From: Owenia fusiformis
Lineage: Eukaryota
Reading direction: 5' to 3'
Length of the DNA: 64,000 nt
Assembly (NCBI GenBank): GCA_903813345.2
Contig: CAIIXF020000001.1
Location: 11,036,001 to 11,100,000, forward strand
In this document: positions 1-13,243 of the stretch, piece after piece
Numbering within the stretch: the first letter of the stretch is position 1
Layout of the letters: each line of letters begins with the position of its first letter
Program-made: the position numbers and the translations under genes
Notes under the pieces: model-generated
The model's database searches: none
What the model was told of the DNA's origin: nothing
The model's input: the letters and a program-made list of their open reading frames with translations, nothing else

Positions 1-459
1 TTATAGATAATTTTAGAAAACAATTGACTTTGAAAAACATTTCCGAGTTTGGCCCAATGATGTTTTCATTTTTTGAATATTTCCGTCAATGTTTAATTTT
101 GTTTTGAAGTAACCTTAACTAAGTGACATAGTCTTTTCTCCCTTGGGAACAATAAACCCATATTTTTGTAGAACATTTTTTATTTAAATTGTAGACATAA
201 GCCAAATGCCTCGGTACTTTATCCGTTATGAAACTAATTTGTGGCGGCGTTATATCCATAAAAATAATACCATCAAGGAAAAATATATTCAATGATCACG
301 ACTATATTTGGTTTTATTTCCGCGGACATTTAAATACAAAATACACGTATATGTACGTGTCAATTCTATACATGTAAGTTTCAGTTGCAAAGATAGGCGC
401 TAATTAGAGGAAGAACCACTAATTAGTACTTAGTACACATGGCTCTAGAATACCGTTAA

Positions 460-599
460 TGCCTGGGTCACATTTGCTCCGATCCATCGGCCGGCGCCCG
501 GCCGATTGAGTGTTTTGTTCAATATCGTATTCAATTTTGAACAAAATACTCAATCGCCCGGGCGCCGGAGTGAAAATCGGAGCAAATGTGACCAAGGCA
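460..599. mobile_element. 140-bp near-perfect palindromic MITE, PIF/Harbinger (Tourist)-like
   Basis: Ends TGCCTGGGTCACATTTGCTCCGA...TCGGAGCAAATGTGACCAAGGCA; the whole element folds back; TAA on both sides (457-459, 600-602). Confidence 0.75.
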
Positions 600-1436
600 T
601 AAGTATCCAAGTCAGTTTGTTCTTGTTTGATAAGATTACGACGTACCTGTTCTATTAGGTAATCAGATGAGAGGCACTTTAACTCTTGTCTCTGTTGAAA
701 TAATCAACAGCTCCTAGGCAAGAAAAAGTAACTTCTTTGATTTAGGTAAATATATCGAAATGTTTTAAAACATCAAACAATCCACTTGATAGAAGGAGTG
801 GGACTCTACTCTACTTGAAGAAATCAACCCAATGGTTCCTAATCACTCCGTACTGTGTACGTCCGCCGTGCATATGAAGTCATTGGTCTGCACGTATAAA
901 TCCTACCCTACATTCTGATACTCATAGCATCTTTGGTCATGGTTTTTGTCATGGTTTATCATGATGCCTACCCTACTACAATAATGATTTGTTTTGAAAA
1001 ACTATATCATTTCATATTTATTTGTATTTAGTTAAAAAATTAAATAACGCGAGTTTAAATGCAGAGTTTGTACTTGTCTCTGTGGGAGCCTGACTTGTAA
1101 AATACTGAAAAGTGCCCCCTTTTGCTCCGGTCTTTCCCCTCGTAATTATGTCATGATATTTAAATTAGAATTATGTACACTTTAAAATCGTAAATATTTT
1201 TGGGGCTCTTGGAACATAACCATCTTAATTAAAAATGTATATTTGTCTCGAAGAACGCACGTAACGTATCTAACTACGAATTAAACTCTTGGAAAATGTT
1301 GGATTTAGTGTTAGTGTTTTATGGACATATTAACCCATAATGTATCATCCCTCGACATTTTAAACAATTTAGTTAACTGCTAAAAGATAGTATGTCCTGG
1401 ATCACAACATTATAATAATGTTATTTTAAAGGTCAA

Positions 1437-1590
1437 CAGTCTAGCTACAAGCCCATGTGACCCCCTCCCACTATCAGACTACATACCTTCTCACACACTC
1501 ATTGGGTCCTAGTAATCAGTGGCTAGGCACAGGTGCTGCCCTCTGTAGGTAGGTATATAGTGGGGATGACAAGGGCCTGTAGCTAGACTA
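1437..1590. mobile_element. Short MITE-like element with terminal inverted repeats
   Basis: AGTCTAGCTACA...TGTAGCTAGACT, with inner CCCACTAT/ATAGTGGG; no clear TSD; the same end motif recurs near 21579. Confidence 0.5.
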
Positions 1591-2910
1591 AGAGGTAAAA
1601 TGCATGTTCATGGTATTTTAGATCATTTTGGATGGAAAACACAATCCCATCTCTAATATTTGTTTTTATAATTCTAAGATTGTACGTTGCACCATCCTAG
1701 GTTGAGCTAGGTTGCACTTGGAGATGATTAAATTCCAATCTCATCTGGTTTAAACATAGATACAAGTGGACTCATATGGCCTGCTGCGATGACAAGAAAC
1801 ATCGAGGCGATGAACCACTGGAAGCATGATAAAATGACTATAAGCTACCTGAAACACAAGTTGCAAAGCTGAAAGCTTACGTGGAAATCTTACTTCAACA
1901 TCTTATAAATAAGAAACATAAAATCTAGGTATCCATCTTTAGTATGTAGCCGGAATCGATGAACTGGGTGGTTTCTTCCTCCTAGCAGCGCATGAAATAG
2001 TGTTAAACTGTTTGAAGCAACGTATTTACTGTATGGAAGCCATATTGACGATTTAAGGTGTCGAAATGTCTACATTCATTTAGATTCGGGAAAGATGCGT
2101 CCACGGACCTTCTTGTAAATAGACATGACACAAAATGCTGTGCGATAGAACTATCATTAAAGAATTTTACAATAGTTTTCACAACTCATCTTTTCAAATT
2201 TGTTCCTTGAAATGGTATATTTCATATTCTTTGAAGAATGGTCTTCAATACGGTTGTTTTAGAATTTGAATTACCCATATTTGGCTTAATATCGACCTTT
2301 TTGTGTCAGTTTTGAAATCCATGATGCCTTGAAGTTGATGGAACCTCAGTATATTTTACTTTTATTTTATTATGCCTGTTTTACCCTCGAGAGGGGACAA
2401 GCCCGGTCACGCTGTCGCACCCACTCGTTCCATTATCGGTTGCTATGTATCAAGGGTGTTTTTAGCAATTGTTTCATTTCTTGTTACATCGAATGATATA
2501 TACGATTAATAAATGATAGTCGCTTCAGGCATATTTTCTGCTACTCAAGGGGGCCACTCATGATCAGTCACATCTGGGATGAAATGTTAATCCAAAGAAA
2601 CTTATATAGCCTAATATTGATTTCGATAAGATATTTTGCTCCTTCGATTTTTGCTTGGAATCTAAATCCGCTGAGATACCGTTGTCGATTCTTTAGCTGG
2701 ACTATGTATTCGCAATTTAGACCTATATTTGTTTCAGAATATGTACAAACAATTTTTTGACAAAACATGATTTAATCCACTCTCAGTGAAAATTGGGAAA
2801 ATTTGTCAACAAAACGAGTCTTGAACCCAAAAGAGACTTAGATCTCATGTTATACGATCGATAAATAACAACGATAAATCATCTGGAGCTGTAAATGTAT
2901 TTCGTTTTTA

Positions 2911-3599
2911 CAGGGTGTTCAAAAAAACGCAACCCAAAGAAATCGCTATATTTTGAAAAATACTGGTTCAATTATGTTCATATTCTCAGGAAATGAAGAA
3001 GAGACTGTGTATGTATAGCTCCTGTAAATGGTTAGTTGTAAAACATGATGCCTTGGACACCTGCTCAAAAGACAGTTGTACTATGAAAATACAACAACTG
3101 TCATTTGAGCATGTGTCCAAGGTATCATGTTTTACAACTTTCTGACAACAGGAGCTATACATACACAGTCTCTTCTTTCTTTTCCTGAAAAATGAACATA
3201 ATTGAATTACTATTTTCCAAGATATAGTGATTTTCCATTGCGTTTTTCGTATTTTGCTAGTACAACTGTCTTTTGAGCATGTGTCCAAGACATCATGTTT
3301 TACAACTAACTAACAACAGGGGCTATACATACACAGTCTCCTCTTTCTTTCCAGAAAATATGAACATAATTGGATTAGTATTTTCCAAGATATAGTGATT
3401 TTCCATTAAGCGTTTTTCGTATTTTGCTAGTACAACTGTCTTTTGAGCATGTGTCAAAGACATCATGTTTTACAACTAACTAACAACAGGGGCTATACAT
3501 ACACAGTCTCCTCTTTCTGTCCAGAAAATATGAACATAATTAGATCAGTATTTTCCAAGATATAGCGATTTCTTTGAGTTGCGTTTTTTTAACACCCTG
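2911..3599. mobile_element. Tc1/mariner-type MITE with internal ~170-bp tandem amplification
   Basis: TA|CAGGGTGTTCAAAAAAACGCAAC...GTTGCGTTTTTTTAACACCCTG|TA; right arm repeated about 3 times (CAACTGTC near 3095, 3263, 3433). Confidence 0.8.
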
Positions 3600-5077
3600 T
3601 ATCTCTACAAAAACGGTAATGATAAAACGTCTGAAAAAATATATTGCTGTGAATATTTGGTTGGTATTTGCCTCTCCTGCCTCGTGCGTGGCTACGCCCA
3701 TGCATACTCATGTTGTTACGCGAGGGTGGCCCCTTCGTGAAGAAAGCTTAACACCACACGTTGATTGTACAACAACAATAGTTTCCAAGGCTCAATATTT
3801 TTGGCTTAGAAAAATATCTCTCAGGTCGCTTGTAACATCTAAGATAAGATAGCCAGGGGGTCTGGTGAGACGACGTATATTGACAATCGAGCACTCGATA
3901 TACAGTAGGCTACTAATTTTCAGTTCAAGAATTTCTTTTTATTTTGGAGTTTACATTGACTTTTCTAGACATGGAAATTGATAGAAATTGAATCATGGAA
4001 ATAAAATAACAAAAAAACAACAACATCTGATCGATTTTCGATCTATTATGAATAGCGAAAGGCCAGGGCCACGCTAACAGCTACATTTAGCAAATGGTGT
4101 TTAATAATAAAGACTTATTAATATATTTCTAAAGAAACCTCCTCGTGGCTTGCTTTATTAATGACATGACTATTATTTGGTATGCAAGCTTTTGGGAACA
4201 TTTCCAATTTTTTATAATGTTTCTTAAAGGCAGAATCTAATCTATAGGGGGTGATAAAATTACAAGCAACATGTATAATTGACCTACCAATCTATTCCTT
4301 ACAATATCAAATACAATATCTCCCAAAATATTCACAATATTATAAATTGGTGAAGTTATTAAGGATTCAAAGTGCAAAAATGAGTGAAAAATGTTTAAAT
4401 TCTCCTAAATAATAAGAATGGTAACCATTCTTATAGAAAAATAATACATTATTGTAAAAATCTTTAGTTTTCCTGGAATAAAGTATGCACTTTTGTGATT
4501 TTTAGAAAATAGACATGACAAGGAATGCCATGAGCCAAAAATATTCTAAAATTGAAACAATTTTTTGTTTAGCCTGCTCGCTATATCTGATTCTCTCTTT
4601 AATTATATTTTGGGGGGCAATACATGTTGTTTTCTAAGGTTACAATTTATAAGAATCTAATAAATGAACAATATGTTTTAGGTCGATATAAAGATGGCAG
4701 CAGTAATTGTTGTTCTTATGTATATTCTCGTAGGTACTTTTAGTACATATTGATTGATTGCCCTGCAATCTTTATTTAAAAAATATTTAAAAACAGCTGT
4801 AATTCTTTTCATTATGACAATGCCTTTTCTTTTATGTTTTGCTGGGCCAGTTTTAAAGATCCCGAAGCACAGGATTCTTATATCAAAGTAACATTTTATA
4901 TGTCATTTGATGAAAAATTGCTATTTTTACTGTTTTTGAAAATTGTATGTTGGATGTACGTTTGGCCCTGTGCTAATAAAGTCCTATTGATTAATACAGT
5001 AATATTATGACAAAAGTTTGATTCAGAGCACTGGTGCAGAGGCAGGAACTAGCTAAGAGAATGCAATGTTATACATA

Positions 5078-6133
5078 CACGCCCGGTGATCGGAAGAAAT
5101 GAACGGAGGGGGAGTAACTATTTTTTTCGCTAGAAAATCAATAAATCTGGAAGATTTATTTTTTCAAGAGAAAGTTTACAATTGGATTGCTAAATGAATA
5201 GGCGCAGTTCACGGGGAAATGTGTTAGGTCTCCTTGGAATTTCTTTGAACTGATGGACTTCTTAGATAAAAGATCTATATTAAAGAAGGCGCAGCGTCAC
5301 CAACATGCAAATGTCAATGTTTTTGCTATAAATCAAGCAACACGTGTCTACACGACCTGTAATATCACGCCCGGTGATCGTACAAAATGGATGGAGGGGG
5401 GGATTAGGCGATTTCTGCAAGAAAACTCAACAAATATGGAAGATTTAATTTTTCAAGAGAAAATTTACAACTGAATTGCCAAATGAATAGGCGCAGTGCA
5501 TGGCAAAATATGTTAGGTCATCTAGTATTTTTTTGAACTGATAACCTTCAAAGATATGAGATCTATTAAAAAAGGCGCATCATCACCAACGTGCAAAAGT
5601 CAATGTTTTTGCTATAAATCGGGCAACAATGGTCTACACGACCTGTAATAAATAGATATAAAAAAGTTAGTTTCCATGCGTTATACTGAAAAATAATCGA
5701 AATAAATTTAGTAGTATTTTGACCCTATGAGAATATATAATATTAATTTATTTCGATTATATTTTGTATAACGCATGGAAACTAACTTTAAAAAGTGAGC
5801 AATGTCATTAGTATTGTGATAATAACGTCCCTTATACCTATTTATTACAGGTCGTGTAGATCATTGTTGCCCGATTTATAGCAAAAACATTGACTTTTGC
5901 ACGTTGGTGATGATGCGCCTTTTTTAATAGATCTCATACCTTAGAAGGGTATCAGTTAAAAAAATACTAGATGACCTGACATATTTTGCCATGCACTGCG
6001 CCTATTCATTTGGCAATTCAGTCGCAAATTTTTTCTTGAAAAAATAAATCTTCCAAATTTGTTGAGTTTTCTTGCAGAAATCGCCTAATCCCCCCCCCCC
6101 CCCTCCATCCATTTTGTACCATCACCGGGCGTG
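5078..6133. mobile_element. Foldback element: ~288-bp arm tandemly duplicated on the left and inverted on the right
   Basis: CACGCCCGGTGATC at 5078 and 5366; reverse complement ATCACCGGGCGTG ends at 6133; 5366-6133 is a long palindrome with a central hairpin at ~5660-5790. Confidence 0.7.
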
Positions 6134-6409
6134 AATATAAGCGACGTTTTTATCACAAAATTAATGTCATTGCCGTTTTTTAAAGATAAGTTTCCAAACA
6201 TTAGATAAAAATGATCGAAAATAATAAAAATTGAACGGAGGGGGGGGGGGGGGGTGAATGGAGGGGGAGTAATATGTCTTTAAGGTTGAAGAAATCTCCG
6301 CGAATTCGTGTATTTGAAAAATGAACTCAGTAACTCAGTAACAACTTGATGTTACGACTCTGAAAAGTGAAAAATTAGGACATATGGAGTTATTGGAAAT
6401 AAAGTCAAT

Positions 6410-7162
6410 ATTATAAAGTTTTCAGAAGTTCAAATCTGACTTTTTATTCAAGATTTGACCTTCAGTTTTCAAGGTCAAAAAATGTCTTTTTCAACTTACT
6501 TCAAAATCAAAATCATCTACAAGTTATCAGAAGTTCAAATCTGACTTAAGATTTGAAATATGACCTTCATTGACCTTCTCAGGGTCATAAAAAGGTCAAA
6601 AAGGTGCTCCAAATTGACCAATTTTTTTTCAATCAAATCGACCAAAGTCTTTTTTCAAAATCATCTAAAAGTTATCAGGAGTTCAAATCTGACTTAAGAT
6701 CTGAGCTTCATTGACCTTCTCAAGGTAAAAAGGTCTTTCAACTTGCTTCAAATTGACAATTTTTCATCTACAAGGTCTCAAAAGTTTAAATCTGACTTTA
6801 GAATTGAGATTTGACCTTCATTGACCTTCTCAAGGTCAAAAAGGTCTTTTTCAACTTGCTTCAAATTGATCAATTTTTTTTCAAAATCATCTAGAAGTTC
6901 AAATCTGACTATAGATTTGACCTTCAATTATATTCTCAAGGTCAAAAAGATATTTTTCAAACTTGCTACAAATTGACTATTTTTCAAAATCATCTACAAG
7001 CTCTCAGAAGTTCAAAGCCGACTTTAGATTTGAGATTCCACCGTCAATGAGTCAAAAAATGTATTTTTTCAACTTGCTTCAAATTGACCATTTTCCAAAA
7101 TTATCTACAATAATATTGTGAGCAAATAGGTGGTGACATTTTGTCATGTTAATGCCTTGTTT
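6410..7162 (+). mobile_element. 5'-truncated copy of the HINE-like repeat found at 29302-30082
   Basis: Same ~110-bp internal subrepeats (TCAAATCTGACTT...GACCTTCTCAAGGTCAAAA...AACTTGCTTCAAATTGACC) and same 3' end GGTGGTGACATTTTGTCATGTTAATGCCTT. Confidence 0.7.
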
Positions 7163-7998
7163 AACATTGAGATTCTCCAATTTCTCAAATACCAAAACCC
7201 ATCGTCATTTCTTCTAGGAGGGAAGGTAGGAAGGGTACGCATCGAACGAAACTGGCTCTGCTGTTGGATATATTTTATCAGGTTATTTGAAAATGTTCCA
7301 TATGGGTGGAAATCGAATCGAGCAGCTTTGAATATATATTTTTTATTCTAACTCAATTTGTACTGTTTTAATGTCATTTTAATTTAAAGTTTCTACATTT
7401 TTAAATGAAAGTGCAGTCTCTAGTTTTTGGTTTGATCGAACTACACTTAGAAATATTTGCATACAGCCGATCAGCGCAGCGGAAATTACTACTTTATAGG
7501 GTGACGGTCACACTTAACTGATATTATAGTTTTACACATAACACAAATGACGTGATAAGTGCGTGATAACTACATGATAAGTACATCTACATTGATTTTG
7601 AAGGGATGACATGTTTTGTACATATGCGTTTGTCTGTTAGTCAGAGTACAACATGAACAATAAATATAAGATACCTACAGTGCATCAATCTTAAAAAAGC
7701 TATCAAAGGAACACAATTTAATATTTTATGGAAAAATACATTCATGTCTTGAATATAAAACGTTTGTAAATTTTTTAAAATAACATGTCAGAAAAGCATT
7801 AAAATACAAGAGACACAACAAGCAATTTTTCATATCATATTTTAATTGCTTATTTTTGAGGTTTGATTGACACACACAAGCCAATATTGATTTTCGACAC
7901 TTGTTGCTAGATTTAGCGATGGTTGAGATGTGACCACCGTCATTTGGTAAAGTGATACAACATGCAGTTGGACGAGTGCTTGGTGTGAAGTTTAAAAC

Positions 7999-8847
7999 AT
8001 GTCACGAAGACTATTCAAAAGTGAGCAAACAGATTTTGAGAAAATTAGCCACTGCACCTTACAACGCGGCAGTCCATCTTGCAACTCTCAAGACAACATA
8101 AAATCAAACTCCGATATTCTTCCGGATTTGCAAAAGCAAAACTTGAAGTTAACTAGCCTGGACATGGCAAAGGATATGGCGAACTCGGTGAACACATTTC
8201 ATAACATTTTTTCAACACCGTTGCCACCAATAAAGACCTTGCCTAAAATACAGGCCAAAAGACCAACATCGTTAATTGGATTGGATACTAGTAACTTGAC
8301 AATGTCCAAGAGGCCGGGAAGTCTTCCACAGATAACTCAAAAACCTTTGTGTAAAGGTCGTTTGAATTTCGGACCAGCGTGCTCTAAATACACGTTGACT
8401 AAAATAGAGCACTTTGAAAAGCAAAATTCTCAATCGGAAGTGACCGCTACAACTCCATCTGATGTTATTACAACAATCGTCGACCCTTTGGCTGTTTCGG
8501 GCAATGTATTGGAAAATGATGAAGATGACCCATCCGGTAGACTAGAAAAGGTACTCCGCAAAATAGGGAATGTTAAAATACGCAAGAGGGATCATGACGA
8601 AAGATTAGCTTGTGCCAAATGTTTAAACGATTTGGACACAATCTCTAAAGAAGTAGGATTTGAAAGAATGTTTCAACGTGCTATAGATTCGCCAGGAGAT
8701 ATGTCCCCTACTTGTTTATCGCCTATAATCACAAAAAACAATACAACAGTAGTGCCATGGCCAGCCCCGTGTCTCGTGGAAGTGGAAAGACTATCAAATT
8801 CCACCATTGAAAGTCCAAAAGACGACGCAAAGAAAAAACAACTATAA
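7999..8847 (+). CDS. Uncharacterised intronless 282-aa protein, Ser/Thr/Pro/Lys-rich and probably largely disordered
   Basis: 849-bp ATG-to-TAA ORF in AT-rich DNA, start context AAACATGT, no recognisable domain, not repeat-derived. Confidence 0.6.
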   Translation: MSRRLFKSEQTDFEKISHCTLQRGSPSCNSQDNIKSNSDILPDLQKQNLKLTSLDMAKDMANSVNTFHNIFSTPLPPIKTLPKIQAKRPTSLIGLDTSNLTMSKRPGSLPQITQKPLCKGRLNFGPACSKYTLTKIEHFEKQNSQSEVTATTPSDVITTIVDPLAVSGNVLENDEDDPSGRLEKVLRKIGNVKIRKRDHDERLACAKCLNDLDTISKEVGFERMFQRAIDSPGDMSPTCLSPIITKNNTTVVPWPAPCLVEVERLSNSTIESPKDDAKKKQL

Positions 8848-9691
8848 GGACACTCATATGAAGTGCATGCCAAATTATAATAACATATGATATGATATGA
8901 TTTGATATAATTGCACAAGATGTCAGTTCTCCTGCAGATTCTGATGCACTGGAAATAACAAATCTTTGGCAAATACCTTTTGGCATAGCATATCATAGCA
9001 CAACTTTCTCTGCTTCAACAAAATCCAATAAATACAATACAATAATTTAGATGTTTATTATAATTTATCTGAGAAGAGGATCTACCTTTTCTATTTAACG
9101 ATTTTAAGAGTTTCTCCTGGACTATGACAATAATATCTGAAAGTCGAAACAGCATTGGAATGTGATAAAGATGAAAACAACATGTCTGATGTTATTTTTC
9201 CATAGTGGAAACATGCTATTCATTGTTTTGAGCTTCCCAAAAGGTCACAGTACTAGATGTGTTATCATATATTTCTCACATGCGTGTATGATTCAAAACC
9301 ACATGTTATTTAATAACATGTGCCGTAGCTCTAGTTCGGTCCATACTATCCCCTCCCCCACCATGCAAGTTCCATTATCTCAATCCAGGACTATAACACC
9401 AGGGGACATTTTACTCATACAGAAGCCATTGCATAAATCTAAAATAACATTCGAACGTCTAAAATGTCAACGTTAATGGTTGTAGGTTTACATGATGATT
9501 GATTTGTTCGTAGATAGTAGCAGGTCAAAGCTCAAACTATACATATACCGAGAGTTTCAGTTTATTGCTTTACCAATGTCTGAGGTCTATTAAAAGGAGC
9601 AATACATGGAGATATAAAAATGAGATTTGAGCGAACCTTTTCGAAATGGACCAAGTCGCCATCTTGACAAACAGCCAATTTGTCGTTGATC

Positions 9692-10997
9692 ATGAAATGG
9701 ACAATCGTCTATTTGAACTATTTGTGGAGAATATTGAAGTCACCTGAATTCTTGTTACTGAATGTGTTTTTGAATGTCTCAATTTTAGTCTATGTGACAA
9801 TACGTAGCGTGACAATATATGGACTGAGTGGCCCTCAGCTCGAAATGAATGACCTGCGGCAAAGGCAATCTGCACGTCATCAGATGGATGCTAGTAAAAT
9901 GACTCATGCAAAGGACGATAAGACGCCATACATCGATATGGATAAATTAATTGATTCAAGATCACTCAACAAGACAACAGATGCATTTATTGTTGGAGTA
10001 AAAGAATGCATTCCGAATGGATTCATGTCGATCCTCTCTCACCATCCACAATTGGTACTCGCCAATGGTCCCACATCATTCTTCAGACATGATAGTTATT
10101 ATTGGCTTGGAAAACAATACTACACCTCTATAATTCCTGACAAAAGAAATGGAACCATAACGCTTGATTCCTGCGTCGAATGTTTCGATAACCCTTTCGC
10201 TCCGAAAAGATTATTTGAAATGAACAGAGATCTGAAAGTGATAGTTATGCTCCGTAACCCAGTCGAAAGACTTCTTTTGGAGTACTCGAAATTAATTCAA
10301 ACTGAACAACGTCATATAAACCTAACATTGGACGGGTGGCTTTTTGGTAAGTGCAGTGTGATAGTAGAACTGGATGTGTGTAATCCGTGCACTTATATTA
10401 AAGGAATCTTGGGGCCCTAATATTGATGATTGCTTACCATAGTTAAAACTGGCTAGGATATATATCTCCAATCATTTCCTTTTTATCATTTGATGTTTTG
10501 TGAAATATTGCCTAATCATTTTCTTCCTCATTAGATTCTGATATAAAGACAATATCAATTCAAAGGGCCCGAAATATTGATGTCATATATTTACAGATCC
10601 TGACACGGGAGAGGTGCATACTAACAGGGATAGTATAAAACGCAGTGCATATATGGAGTTCTTGCCTAAATGGAGTGCAGCCTTTGGAAGGGACAACATC
10701 CATTTAATCAGTGTGAATGCATTTCTCAAAAATCCATGGATGGAGCTAGGCAATCTAGAGCGATTTCTTCACATCGATACCTTCTTTGAGCAGCAAAAAC
10801 ACGACCCTATAGTACGCACAAAAGGGTTTACTGCATTTTGCCATGTACCTGGTGTATGTGTCATGGACAGTACTGCTTATCTTCAATATGCCACGCATAA
10901 TACTACTAACTTGTTGAATGACTATTACAAGGACGACAATCGTAGATTGAATCAATATTTTAATATATGTTTTGATGAGGATAAATGTAAGATTTAA
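9692..10997 (+). CDS. Heparan sulfate glucosamine 3-O-sulfotransferase-like type II membrane protein (~351 aa) with degenerate active site
   Basis: Exons 9692-10346 (donor G|GTAAGT) and 10597-10997 (acceptor TTTACAG), in frame. N-terminal TM segment; motifs FIVGVK, HPQL, YWLGKQYY, LKVIVMLRNPVER, LERFL, KGF..C....C match HS3ST/NDST-type sulfotransferase domains. Confidence 0.8.
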
Positions 10998-11613
10998 GAT
11001 ATGTGTGTAGTCTTGTTACTCATTTTGTTCAAAGCTTGTTTGGTTGTTTGCTCCGCTCGCGAACGGAGTTCCCACATCGTGAACCACAAAACTGTGGCAA
11101 ACCACAAAACTGTAATTCGCGATGTGGGACTTCTCCGTTCCCGAGTGGAGAAATATGTTCGGGAGAGGGTTGGCGATTTAAGATTCGATATTCGCGTATT
11201 GATAACCGTGGTTCGTGCGGAAGGAACGGAGTTCGCAAGGTCGGAACTGATGATCGAGTAACTACACTCTACCCTACCACGTGACCATGTTTAAAAGGGG
11301 TACAGGCGACAGTGTAGATGAGTTTATTTCCATATTTCTGTAGTAATGCGATGGAAACCCTTCAGGTAGTGCTATCTACCGTAGCTCAAAAACAGATTTT
11401 TCAGAAATATATAGCTACATGTCCACACTCATCTGGGAATTAAAATCGGCCACTATACATTTCCCATTGCACATTTGTATATTTGTCTTGAATTGATCAA
11501 CTTTTCGGATTCAGTGACTTGTATAAGAAACAAAGCTGACCTTATATTTGAGGGTTTGCCTTTCGTTGACCTTAAGTGACCTTCGAAACGTCATTTAGAT
11601 TTTAGCATATTTA

Positions 11614-13243
11614 CGAGGGTTGTCCCAGAAGTAATGTACTATATGCTCCAATATGTACTATATTAATATTCTTCAATTCTGCTGAAATTTTGAAGTTTTG
11701 AAAAATTGAAAATTCATCTATTATATCCTGAACTTTTAACATCAAAAATTAATATTAAAGTGTCTTTCTAAGACTTAGAAGGAGAAATTTGAGATTTCGA
11801 GCCATATATCTCAAGAAAATGCTCTTACCTTTCTAGTAGGATGAGTTCAGGTGCCAAAAACAGCTGATCAAAGGATATATATCATTTTCTAATTGAAATT
11901 TTTTGTTGAGCCCTGCATTTTTAACACTGTTTTGACAGGAAGTCATACCCAAAATGAAAACTGAATAAAACAACATTTATCCTAAATGTACATCAAAATA
12001 CTTACTCAGACATGCAAAATGTTATTATTAGTAGTAATGCTGATCATTTTTAAGAAATTTAAGCATGTAAATAAGACTTTTTTCGTCCATAATTATATAC
12101 ATAAAGAATTTCTTCTTTCAGAAAGCTCTGGTACTGTGGTGTAGTGGTTAGAGCTTTGGGCTTATCCAGACTTCTATTCCAAGAGATCTGAGTTCAAATC
12201 CCAAGGGTGGAATATGTTTTTATTCTTTATTTTTTTTTTTTTCATTTTGATCCACAATATTTCTAAAATAAATTTTTATATATGGCACTTAAACCATATT
12301 TAGTATTTCCAAGGGTTTTAATTTTTAGATGAAATGATAAAAAGTTACTTTAAGTCTTAATATGGTTGCTATAGCAACATGGGGGTAGGAGTGGGCAGGG
12401 CTGGTACCAATTTATCTAATTATGAAAATATCCAAATAAAAGTGGTATTTTATAAATATTTCTTTCTTTTAAATGATCAAAATGTTTGGGAAATTGTTTT
12501 TATTCAGCATGATGTTAAACAAGTACAAATAATGACATTTAGCACTGTGATGTCATAATATCACAGTTCAATAGTTACAAATTCAAATACAGTCACAGTC
12601 AAGAAATTGCAGAATTGGCTGCCACCTGATAACAGAAGGCCTTGCATTTGGTGGCCTAATTACACACTTCACTTGGACTCAAAGCCACGCAAAACTTCCA
12701 TGAAGAATGTGTAAGGAGTATATACCAGATAGAACTGCAATTATGAGGTGGCAGAAAAGATTTAAAAGAGATGACTTGACCCTGAATGACAACTCCAAAT
12801 ATGGGAGGCATAAACTCCACAAGTCACAGTGGAAGAAATTGCCAAGAGTGTTTGACCTGACAGGCATCAAAAGTACATAACACGCGAATGGCAATATTTT
12901 GATAAAATGTGGAATGGGACACTGTGCAATATACATCCATTAAATCTAGGATGTGCTCATTGTAATTTAGTATCTTAAAATGTATTTTTGAGCATACTTC
13001 TTATAGCTACACAAAATGGTATTTGTTGATTAATTATTTCATATTTTCAATTTTTATTCCTTTTGACGTGACTGTATAACCTGCCCCACCCTACCCAAAC
13101 TCACCTACTTAATTTTATTATAACATCAATTTAGTTTTATCAGTCAACATGAAAATTTGTAGAATAATCAAAATTTTCATGGAAAAATATCAATTGTTGA
13201 TAAAGTTAGAGCATATAGTGCATTTGTTTTGGGACAACCCTCG
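11614..13243 (+). mobile_element. Defective mariner element with a transposase N-terminal remnant
   Basis: TA|CGAGGGTTGTCCCAGAAG...GTTTTGGGACAACCCTCG|TA; ~12722-12810 translates PDRTAIMRWQKRFKRDDLTLNDNSKYGR, matching the mariner HTH pattern W..RF..G...L.D..R.GRP. Confidence 0.8.
12130..12240 (+). other. tRNA-derived Pol III-like sequence (SINE head or pseudo-tRNA) nested in the mariner element
   Basis: A-box-like TGGTGTAGTGG (12137-12147), B-box GAGTTCAAATCC (12190-12201), then a T-rich tract; no convincing cloverleaf. Confidence 0.5.

Noticed and set aside
11001-11284. Overlapping ORFs after the sulfotransferase-like gene
   Set aside because: Short, no recognisable domain or splice support; probably a GC-richer repeat fragment.
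12130-12215. Functional tRNA gene
   Set aside because: A and B boxes are present but acceptor and anticodon stems do not pair convincingly.
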